A stretch of 64,000 nucleotides of DNA, from positions 65,956 through 129,955 of the forward strand of contig JAFWJA010000021.1 in the NCBI GenBank assembly GCA_017511805.1. Reading direction: 5' to 3'. A program made the position numbers and the translations under genes. Below, piece by piece: positions 56,555-64,000 of this stretch (position 1 is its first letter; the number at the start of each line of letters is the position of its first letter). Under the pieces are notes generated by a model that saw only the letters and a program-made list of their open reading frames with translations, was not told the DNA's origin and did no database searches. The stretch comes from Bacilli bacterium. Lineage in GTDB: Bacteria > Bacillota_I > Bacilli_A > RF39 > UBA660.

Positions 56555-57979
56555 ATGTTTAGAGAGATATCAGATGCGATTAATAAAACTAGTGAAAAGC
56601 ACCCAGAATATACTATGTCATCTCAGTTATATGGTGCATTAAATAAGTATTATAATGTTCTAAAAAATGAACAAGATCCAGTCGCAGCACTTAATGAATT
56701 TTATAAATGCTTTTCTAAATATGATAAAGATGGTCATCCTCTTCGTGAAAAGCTTGAAGGTATAATGTTAGACCATGATAGAGATGGTGCATTAGAACTA
56801 TATAGATTTGTTTATCAAATGAGTCTTATGTTATTAAGACATCATTCTAGTAGACAATTAACTGACCCAGAATTAACTAGATATACACTTTATTATGTTA
56901 AAGAATTTGAATCTTTGAATAAGGGATATGACCTTAATAGTATAAGAGATAAAATATATAATAATCCAAAACTAATTAATGGTCTAAATAATATAATATT
57001 TCCTATTTTAGAACATATATGTATTTTAATTAAACCTAAAGAAGCAATAAATAGGGAAGTAAAATCAGGTATTGTATTTAACGTTATAACAGATACAGCT
57101 GGTATTAGAATTACAAATGTAAAAGAAAATAAAATAGAGAATTCTTTTGGAGCAGTATTAGATCAAGGAAGAATACAATTAGCAGCATATGTAGGTAATA
57201 ATAAAACTACTCAAGAAGATGCTGTACTATCTATGAGAAGAGAAGATTGTACTTTAAACGTAGTAGCGGATGGTATGGGTGGATATGCTGGTGGAGATAA
57301 AGCTAGTATGTTAGTTGTTAGAGAATTAGCAAACTGGTTTAGTAGACTAGATTTATCATATGTACCTAGAAGATTTACTACAGTTCAAAGGGCAGAAAAT
57401 AATACTTTATTTGGAATGATAGGTAATAAATTACAAGAAATAAATGATATGATAAATGAAACTTATTATGCTGGAAAAAAGACACCAGGAAGTACAGTAG
57501 TTTTATCATTTAGTACTCCAGAATATACATTAATAGTTAATATTGGTGATTCTACTGCATATTTAAAAACTGATAGAGATTATGAATTAATATCTACTAT
57601 AGATGCATCGCCTAGTATAAGTAAAAGAATAGTTGAAGATTATGAATTATATAGAAATATACAAGGAAATAATATAATTGGTAATTGTTTAGGAGCAAAT
57701 ACAAGAATAGTAAATCCACATGGTCATGTAATAGATCATTGTGTTAGAAGAAAGATAATCTTATCAAGTGATGGAATAACAGATTTAATAAATGAAGAAA
57801 ACTTTAGAAGATTGTTCTTGGGTAAAGCTACAGCAATAGATTTTGTAGATAAAGCTCTTAATCCGGATAAACATGTTAGACCTGCTAATGGAGAATATGA
57901 TAGATTATCTGAAAAAGAAAGCGATAATATATCTGCAATATTAATGGATATTCCTAAGTATACAGGAAGGAAGTTGTAA
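56555..57979 (+). CDS. PP2C-family Ser/Thr phosphatase domain protein with about 220-aa N-terminal unknown domain
   Basis: VVADGMGGYAGGDKASMLVVREL (PP2C motif D-G-x-G-G...AS). IVNIGDSTAYL and LSSDGITD are further metal-ligand blocks. RBS GGAGG lies 7 nt before ATG 56555. Confidence 0.65.
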   Translation: MFREISDAINKTSEKHPEYTMSSQLYGALNKYYNVLKNEQDPVAALNEFYKCFSKYDKDGHPLREKLEGIMLDHDRDGALELYRFVYQMSLMLLRHHSSRQLTDPELTRYTLYYVKEFESLNKGYDLNSIRDKIYNNPKLINGLNNIIFPILEHICILIKPKEAINREVKSGIVFNVITDTAGIRITNVKENKIENSFGAVLDQGRIQLAAYVGNNKTTQEDAVLSMRREDCTLNVVADGMGGYAGGDKASMLVVRELANWFSRLDLSYVPRRFTTVQRAENNTLFGMIGNKLQEINDMINETYYAGKKTPGSTVVLSFSTPEYTLIVNIGDSTAYLKTDRDYELISTIDASPSISKRIVEDYELYRNIQGNNIIGNCLGANTRIVNPHGHVIDHCVRRKIILSSDGITDLINEENFRRLFLGKATAIDFVDKALNPDKHVRPANGEYDRLSEKESDNISAILMDIPKYTGRKL

Positions 57980-57980
57980 T

Positions 57981-58244
57981 ATGGAGAGAGATTTATTAGT
58001 TTTAACACTAGAAAATGGTGAAAAAAAAGAGTATTTTAAGTTAGCAGAATTCAAAAGTATGAACACCCATAAGAGTTATGTAATGTTTACTGATAAAGAA
58101 GAACTAGATACTAACCATATATACTTCAGTATTATTAAAAATGATGGCCAAAATATTATATTTGAGAAGATAACTTCAGAAGAAGATATAAACGAATGTA
58201 AAAAGGCACTAGATGATCTAGTTGAGAGATTAAAAAAAGAATAG
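57981..58244 (+). CDS. DUF1292-like small acidic protein
   Basis: Pattern LVLTLENGEKKEYFKLAEFKSMNTHKSYVMF..DGQNIIFEKITSEE matches the DUF1292 arrangement (ITL.DE.G.E.EFEVL..FE.DGK.YVVL). Confidence 0.45.
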   Translation: MERDLLVLTLENGEKKEYFKLAEFKSMNTHKSYVMFTDKEELDTNHIYFSIIKNDGQNIIFEKITSEEDINECKKALDDLVERLKKE

Positions 58245-58268
58245 TTATAAACTATTCTTTTTATTTTA
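58236..58268. terminator. Bidirectional intrinsic terminator
   Basis: Stem agaatagtt-ataa-aactattct plus a T-run. Confidence 0.75.
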
Positions 58269-58746
58269 TTGATTGCATATTCTTTTGTTCACCTTTAGTC
58301 TTATCATATTTATCATTACTAAATGCTATTATTGGTAGTCCTACAAATGGAACTAAAGCTACTAATAACCAAAAGTAACCTTGTCTATTAAATTTCTTAC
58401 ATAATGAAATGCTTGTTACTATTGACAAAGCTAAAGCTGCTAGTGGACCAATATATCTAATTACAGGTATAAATGAAACATAACTGATTAAACTCATCCA
58501 TCCTGGAAATCCAGATATTTCAAATAAAGTCCATCCACTATAAAAAGGTATAATAGCTTCCCAACCATCTTTACCAGCTTTTATAAATAATTTCCATCTA
58601 TATACTGCTGTAAATGCTATTAAAGCAAGTCCTAAAAATGATGCTAGTAATATTAACCCTATACCTAAACCAGCATAAAAATCGTTAGTCCATAAGTCAG
58701 CATTTATAGTTTTTGCTAGAGTATACATGTAATCACCCAAAGACAT
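58261..58746 (-). CDS. Polytopic membrane protein, function unknown
   Basis: Four hydrophobic helices. Confidence 0.4.
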   Translation of the reverse strand: MSLGDYMYTLAKTINADLWTNDFYAGLGIGLILLASFLGLALIAFTAVYRWKLFIKAGKDGWEAIIPFYSGWTLFEISGFPGWMSLISYVSFIPVIRYIGPLAALALSIVTSISLCKKFNRQGYFWLLVALVPFVGLPIIAFSNDKYDKTKGEQKNMQSIK

Positions 58747-58830
58747 TATATCATAAATTATTTATAATTAATATATAATATTAGTACTTTACTATTATTT
58801 TATGTGGTAAAATGAGTATAGGTGATAGTT

Positions 58831-60297
58831 ATGGTAAATATTTCTAAATCTTTATATTGTAATTATGTTCAATGTAAGAAACTAGTTTGGTTATTAAAAA
58901 ATAAACCAGATGAATATGAAGAAACTAAAAATGATGTAGTTCTTGCTAATGGAAATAGAGTAGGAGACCTAGCTAGATCTTACTTTGGTAAGTATGCATT
59001 AGTTAAATATGATGAAGTACTAATCAATATGATAATGGAAACTAAAAAGTATTTAAAAACAGATTCTATTATATGTGAAGCCTCATTTAAATTTAATAAT
59101 CTATTTGCGAGTATAGATATACTTAAGATTGAAGATGATGGTCTTACTATATATGAAGTAAAGAGTTCTACTGAAGTAAAAGATATATATTTAGATGATG
59201 CATCTTTTCAAGCATATATATTAAAAAAACTGGGATATAAAGTTAAATCTGTTAATATAATGCATGTTAATGGTGATTATGTTTTAGGAGATAAATTTGA
59301 TATTAATTCATATTTTGTTATTGAAGATATTACAGATACATCAATAGAAAAAGAGTCTGAATTAGAAGAAAATGTTAAAGAACTAAATGAGATTTTAGAT
59401 AGTAATAAAGAACCTAATATTGATATTGGTATGCATTGTTCTAATCCATATAAATGTCCTTATTATAAGTATTGTACTAAGCATTTACCAGAACCTAATG
59501 TCTTTGATATAAATGGTCTAAATAAGAAACAAAAGTTTAAGTATTATTATGAGGGTAAAATAACTTTTGAGGATCTAATTCATGAAGATTTAAATAATAA
59601 ATACTTGGAACAAATAAATTTTGAAATAAATGATTTAAAACCGAAGATAAATAAAGAAGCTATAAAAGAGTTAATGTCTACGTTAAAATATCCTTTATAT
59701 TTCTTAGATTATGAGACATGTCAGTTTGCAATACCTGAAATAAAGGGTACTAAACCATATCAAGTACTTACATTTCAGTATTCATTACATATAATGGATG
59801 AAAAAGGTAATCTAACTCATAAAGAGTTCTTAGCAGATTCAAGTGATACAGATTTTGTTAGACATTTTGCAGAGAGTCTTATTAAAGACATACCAGATGA
59901 TGGTAGCGTAATTATTTATAATAAGTCTTTTGAACCAGCTAGAAATAGAGAAATAATTAAGATGTATCCTGAATATAAAGAAGGATTAGAAAGAATAAAT
60001 AATAATATAGTAGATTTTATGGATCCATTTAATGATAGAGATTATTATACTAAGGAGATGAAAGGTTCATACTCAATAAAGTATGTTTTACCAGCACTTT
60101 ATCCAAATGATCCTAGTTTAGATTATCATAATTTACCTCTTGTTCATAATGGAGAAGAAGCATCAACTACTTTTGTAGAATTAAGAGATATGCCAAAAGA
60201 AAAACAAGAGGAAATAAGAAAAGGACTTCTTGTATACTGTGAACTAGATACTTATGCGATGGTTAAAATATATGAAAAGTTTAAAGAACTAGTATAA
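58831..60297 (+). CDS. DUF2779-like (RecB/PD-(D/E)xK-like nuclease superfamily) protein
   Basis: N-terminal ISKSLYCNYVQCKKLVWL matches the DUF2779 start (LSKS.F..G.QC.K.LWL). Contains IDILKIEDDGLTIYEVKSST (a D...E-x-K-like block). RBS AGGTGA before ATG 58831. Confidence 0.45.
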   Translation: MVNISKSLYCNYVQCKKLVWLLKNKPDEYEETKNDVVLANGNRVGDLARSYFGKYALVKYDEVLINMIMETKKYLKTDSIICEASFKFNNLFASIDILKIEDDGLTIYEVKSSTEVKDIYLDDASFQAYILKKLGYKVKSVNIMHVNGDYVLGDKFDINSYFVIEDITDTSIEKESELEENVKELNEILDSNKEPNIDIGMHCSNPYKCPYYKYCTKHLPEPNVFDINGLNKKQKFKYYYEGKITFEDLIHEDLNNKYLEQINFEINDLKPKINKEAIKELMSTLKYPLYFLDYETCQFAIPEIKGTKPYQVLTFQYSLHIMDEKGNLTHKEFLADSSDTDFVRHFAESLIKDIPDDGSVIIYNKSFEPARNREIIKMYPEYKEGLERINNNIVDFMDPFNDRDYYTKEMKGSYSIKYVLPALYPNDPSLDYHNLPLVHNGEEASTTFVELRDMPKEKQEEIRKGLLVYCELDTYAMVKIYEKFKELV

Positions 60298-60335
60298 AAT
60301 ATTTATAAATACATATTATTCATTAGGTGAATAAT

Positions 60336-60794
60336 ATGGAAATAAAAGTACAAGGTAAGAATAAAAAATATAATGAGTTGTTATTACTTAATTACTGCGG
60401 TAAATTTAGTGATCTAACAACTTTTTTATTGTTTAAATATGAGTATTATTTATTTTATAAAACAGATACATACTTCTCTAGTAATATGAATAAATTGGCA
60501 TCTGATTCCTTAACTCATTTAGATATATTTGGTAAATTAATACTATTACTTGGTGGTAAACCAGATCATAATACCTTTAAGATAAATGAACTATTTTATG
60601 AAACAAATAAAGAAAAACTAATAGAAATAAATATAAGAGTAATTAAAGAAAAAATAATACTTTATACTAATCATTTGAATCAAATAGAAGATCAATATAT
60701 TAAAGAAATATTAACTAATTTTATTATAGAAGAGAGAAAAAATTTAGAAATAGTAGAATTATTACAAATAAAATACAAAAGAGAGCATTTTTAA
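60336..60794 (+). CDS. Hypothetical 152-aa protein
   Basis: RBS TAGGTGA before ATG 60336. Confidence 0.35.
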   Translation: MEIKVQGKNKKYNELLLLNYCGKFSDLTTFLLFKYEYYLFYKTDTYFSSNMNKLASDSLTHLDIFGKLILLLGGKPDHNTFKINELFYETNKEKLIEINIRVIKEKIILYTNHLNQIEDQYIKEILTNFIIEERKNLEIVELLQIKYKREHF

Positions 60795-60844
60795 TGTAGA
60801 AAAAAGGGTTATTTATGTTATAATGAGTAAGGAGGAATGTTTAC

Positions 60845-61357
60845 ATGAAGAAGATTAGTTTATTATTAGTAATAGCATTAGTGTTATTTATACCAATTTT
60901 TACTACAGTAAGAGCAGTTGAAAAACAAAAAGTAACTGTTTATTTATTTAGAGGAGAAGGATGTCCTCATTGTGCTGAAGCAGAAGAATTCTTTGAAGAA
61001 TTAAAGAATGATGAAGAATATGGTAAATACTTTGTTGTTAAAGATTATGAAGTATGGTATGACGAAGATAATGCTGCATTAATGCAAGAAGTAGCTGAAA
61101 AATTAGATACTACTGCTAGCGGAGTTCCATTTATAGTAATTGGAGAAAAGTTTCATAGTGGTTTTTCTTCAAAAATGGTAGATACTATAAAAGATGAAAT
61201 CAAGACTTACTATGAAAGTCAAGAAATAGTTGATGTAGTAAATGGAAATTCTGTAGTAGAAAAAGAAGAAAGTAATAAGATAATTCCTATAGTAATAGTA
61301 TCAGTAATAGCTATTGGTACTGTTATAGGATTAGTATTCTTAACAAGAGAAAAATAG
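60845..61357 (+). CDS. Secreted/membrane-anchored thioredoxin-fold protein (CxxC)
   Basis: Signal peptide, redox motif GCPHC, and C-terminal TM IIPIVIVSVIAIGTVIGLVF. Confidence 0.6.
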   Translation: MKKISLLLVIALVLFIPIFTTVRAVEKQKVTVYLFRGEGCPHCAEAEEFFEELKNDEEYGKYFVVKDYEVWYDEDNAALMQEVAEKLDTTASGVPFIVIGEKFHSGFSSKMVDTIKDEIKTYYESQEIVDVVNGNSVVEKEESNKIIPIVIVSVIAIGTVIGLVFLTREK

Positions 61358-61376
61358 ACAATAGTCTATTTTTACT

Positions 61377-61452
61377 GGCCTGTTGGTGAAGCGGTTAACA
61401 CATTGCCCTCTCAAGGCAACATTCATGGGTTCAAGTCCCATACAGGTCACCA
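61377..61452 (+). tRNA. tRNA-Glu (anticodon CUC)
   Basis: Hand-folded cloverleaf: acceptor GGCCTGT/ACAGGTC, D-arm GTGA-AGCGGTTA-ACAC, anticodon stem TTGCC/GGCAA with loop CTCTCAA, T-arm ATGGG-TTCAAGT-CCCAT, discriminator A, encoded CCA. The backbone resembles Firmicutes tRNA-Glu but the anticodon is CTC, not TTC. Confidence 0.8.
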
Positions 61453-61462
61453 GTTTAATAAT

Positions 61463-61490
61463 AAAGAAACTTTTTAGTTTCTTTTTTTGT
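61463..61490 (+). terminator. Intrinsic terminator after tRNA-Glu
   Basis: Stem aagaaact-tttt-agtttctt plus T7. Confidence 0.75.
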
Positions 61491-61552
61491 TCTATTGTTA
61501 TTAGTATTTATTTATGTTAAAATTAATATGTAACATAGGTTAGGGGGATTAT

Positions 61553-62629
61553 ATGGAAACTAGAACTGATAATTTAAAAATAGTTGTTATGGATAATATA
61601 AGGGGTATTGGTAATGAAATTGATGAATATTTAAGAAATAAGTATGATGTAGAACAATCATTTATATTACCAATTACTAATGATAGATTTAATAACGGTG
61701 AAGGTAAAATAACAATAGACACTACTATAAGAGATAAAGATATATTTATATTATCTGATGTGGGTAATTATTCTGTTACTTATAAGATGCATGGTATGGA
61801 TGTTCCTATGGGACCAGATGAGCACTTTCAAGACATAAAAAGATGTATAAGTGCATTATCTGGTTATCCAAGAAGAATAACTGTAATTATGCCACTTTTA
61901 TATCAATCTAGACAGGATAAAAGAAAGAATAGAGAATCACTTGATTGTGCACTTGCTCTTCAAGAGTTAGAAAGTTTAAAAGTAAATCATATAGTTACTT
62001 TTGATGCTCATAACAAGGTAGTTGCAAATGCAATACCTAATATTCCTTTTGAAAATTTTTATCCAACAAATATAATATTAGAAGAATTAATACAAAAAGA
62101 AGATATAAATAATGTACTTGTAATAAGTCCTGATATGGGTGCTATGGAAAGAGCTAGATACTATGCAGATATGCTTAAATGTGATGTAGGTATGTTTTAT
62201 AAAAGAAGAGATTTAAGTAAAGTAGTAGATGGAAAAAATCCAATAGTAGAACATGCTTATATGGGTGCTAATGTAGAAGGTAAAACTGCTATTGTAGTAG
62301 ATGATATGATCGCATCAGGTTCTTCTATGATAGAAGTAGGTCAAAAACTAAGAGAAAAGAAAGCAGATAAAATATTCTTTATATCAACATTTGCATTATT
62401 CACATCAGGTATTGAAGTATTTAAAAAAGCAAAAGAAGAAAAAGCATTTGATAAACTATATACAACTAATCTTAGTTATATACCAGAACAATATAAAGAA
62501 AATGAATGGTTAAATATAGTTAATTGTTCTTCTAGAATTGCAGAAATAATAGATCATATTCATAATGGTCAATCACTTAGAAATATAGTTCATAATAATA
62601 AAAAAGTATTAAAATTATTAAATAGATAA
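61553..62629 (+). CDS. prs: Ribose-phosphate pyrophosphokinase (PRPP synthetase)-family protein
   Basis: PRPP-binding loop VVDDMIASGSSM. Also TFDAHNKVV and MPLLYQSRQDKR. Confidence 0.7.
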   Translation: METRTDNLKIVVMDNIRGIGNEIDEYLRNKYDVEQSFILPITNDRFNNGEGKITIDTTIRDKDIFILSDVGNYSVTYKMHGMDVPMGPDEHFQDIKRCISALSGYPRRITVIMPLLYQSRQDKRKNRESLDCALALQELESLKVNHIVTFDAHNKVVANAIPNIPFENFYPTNIILEELIQKEDINNVLVISPDMGAMERARYYADMLKCDVGMFYKRRDLSKVVDGKNPIVEHAYMGANVEGKTAIVVDDMIASGSSMIEVGQKLREKKADKIFFISTFALFTSGIEVFKKAKEEKAFDKLYTTNLSYIPEQYKENEWLNIVNCSSRIAEIIDHIHNGQSLRNIVHNNKKVLKLLNR

Positions 62630-62641
62630 AAAGGAGTATAT

Positions 62642-63001
62642 ATGAGAGATTTAGATATTTTAAAAAAGTTTGTAGATGAAAGAGAATTTAGAAACTATGT
62701 TCAATATAAGTTATATAAAATGGGATATAAAACTATTAAAATAGATGATGAAAGAATTAGTGATGAAGATATATTAAATGATAATGATATGAAAGGTGAA
62801 ATAAGTAAGACTTGTACTGTTCAAACTTTTTTAAATACTAAAGTTGGTAAAAGAGAAATAGATGAAACATCTTTAGATATGTATGAAGAAAAAGTAGATT
62901 TTGGTATTATTATATCTACTAAAAATGTATCTATGTTTACTAAAAGAAGAGCTATTAAAAAGAATATTATTATATTAGGAGAAGAATTCTTTGAAGATTA
63001 A
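62642..63001 (+). CDS. Small Mrr-cat-like (restriction-endonuclease-fold) protein
   Basis: CTVQTFLNTKVG and GIIISTKNVSMFTKRRA resemble the Mrr_cat blocks (..QCK...V and GI.iTT..FT..A). Confidence 0.35.
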   Translation: MRDLDILKKFVDEREFRNYVQYKLYKMGYKTIKIDDERISDEDILNDNDMKGEISKTCTVQTFLNTKVGKREIDETSLDMYEEKVDFGIIISTKNVSMFTKRRAIKKNIIILGEEFFED

Positions 63002-63018
63002 TAATCTTCTTTTTTTAT
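62994..63018 (+). terminator. Intrinsic terminator
   Basis: Stem gaagatt-aat-aatcttc plus T7. Confidence 0.7.
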
Positions 63019-63040
63019 GCATAAAATTAATTGGTGATAT

Positions 63041-64000
63041 TATGGTTGTTATTGATGCTTATAGAGGCGGAGATGATATAGGTTATACCGGAAACGGTAT
63101 AAAAGAAAAAGATTTTAATCTAAATATTAGTAAGTACATAGATAAAAGGTTAAAAGAACTAGGTATAAATACTTATCTAACTAGAGATACAGATACTAAT
63201 TTAAATATTAATCAAAGATCTGATTTAATAAAAGCTGCAGGTAATAATTCAAATGCAATAGCTATATCAAATAGATTAAACTATGGAGAAGATACTGGAG
63301 TAGAAATAATGTACTCGTTAAAGAATAGTAATGCATTAGCTAATAAACTAGAACAAGCTTTTAATGATAGAGGTATTAGTGTTAATAAGGTTTATCAAAG
63401 AAGAGATGAAAATGATACTAGTAAAGACTATGATGATTTACTAAAGAATACTGGTAATGTACAAACTATTGTAATTAGTTATGGATATATTAATAATGAA
63501 ACAGGTTTTAATAACTATGATAAGTATGCAGAACCAGTTATTAAAGTAATTGCTGATTATTATAATGTTCCTTATACCTATACTTTAGAGAATGAATATA
63601 TTGTGAAAAAAGGAGATAGTCTTTGGTCTATATCAAGAAAATATAATACTAGTGTAGATGAATTAAAAAGACTTAATAATCTTACCAGTAATACTCTTAG
63701 AATAGGTCAAATAATTAAATTACCTTCAAGTAATCTAAATACTAGTTCTAATACTTATACGGTAGCAAAAGGTGATAGCTTGTGGTCCATTTCTAGGAAG
63801 TTTGGAACAACGGTTGATGAGTTAAAGAATTTAAATAATTTAACCAGTAATGTACTTAGTATAGGTCAGATATTAATTATTCCTGGTTCATATTATATTG
63901 TGGAAAAAGGAGATAGTTTATGGTCTATATCAAGAAAGTTTAATACTACTGTGGATAATATTAAAAAACTTAATAATCTTAGTTCTAATATATTATCCAT
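63041..64000 (+). CDS. Second N-acetylmuramoyl-L-alanine amidase + LysM repeat protein (3'-partial, runs off window; not in ORF track)
   Basis: MVVIDAYRGGDDIGYTGNGIKEKDF... amidase_3-like N-terminus, then LysM repeats YIVKKGDSLWSISRKYNTSVDELKRLNNL, YTVAKGDSLWSISRKFGTT and YIVEKGDSLWSISRKFNTT. Paralogous to the 38737 gene. Confidence 0.75.

Overview
This is a very AT-rich (about 27% GC) Firmicutes/Clostridia-like chromosomal segment with about 59 protein-coding genes, 2 tRNAs (Trp-CCA and Glu-CUC), 1 SAM-I riboswitch and many clear intrinsic terminators. I found no rRNA, CRISPR array, integrase, transposase or recognisable prophage structural genes. All domain calls below come from motifs read directly in the ORF translations; none is supported by a database search.

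Housekeeping genes present: HtrA protease, an M48 peptidase, an M32 carboxypeptidase, PRPP synthetase, dCMP deaminase, a Nudix hydrolase, LysR and AraC regulators, a MacB-type ABC exporter, two amidase-LysM cell-wall hydrolases and a SleB-like hydrolase.

The accessory content is the interesting part:
- A defence-type island at about 14.9-21.8 kb. It holds a Dam-like N6-adenine methyltransferase, a 133-aa ORF and a DUF262/DUF1524 (GmrSD-like) nuclease in one operon.
- Immediately downstream, a three-gene operon: an HTH-Fic protein, a 780-aa fusion of an N-terminal PHP phosphoesterase to a split SMC/RecN-type ABC ATPase, and an overlapping 94-aa ORF. It is driven by a consensus sigma-A promoter carrying two identical 16-bp operator-like repeats. 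This is my top candidate for an undescribed system.
- A partial Abi_2 (AbiD/F-like) gene at the left edge.
- A macro-domain / metallophosphoesterase / PcfJ-like trio.
- A second Fic protein with a non-canonical motif.
- A soluble VirD4-like ATPase with no partners.
- A cluster of very large sortase (NPxTGD) surface proteins, two of which contain an internal sorting signal followed directly by an internal signal peptide.
- A giant 2151-aa protein with a beta-helix N-terminus, a dockerin, a cohesin-like module and MBG repeats.
- A SAM riboswitch controlling a shortened (260 aa) MetK-like protein.
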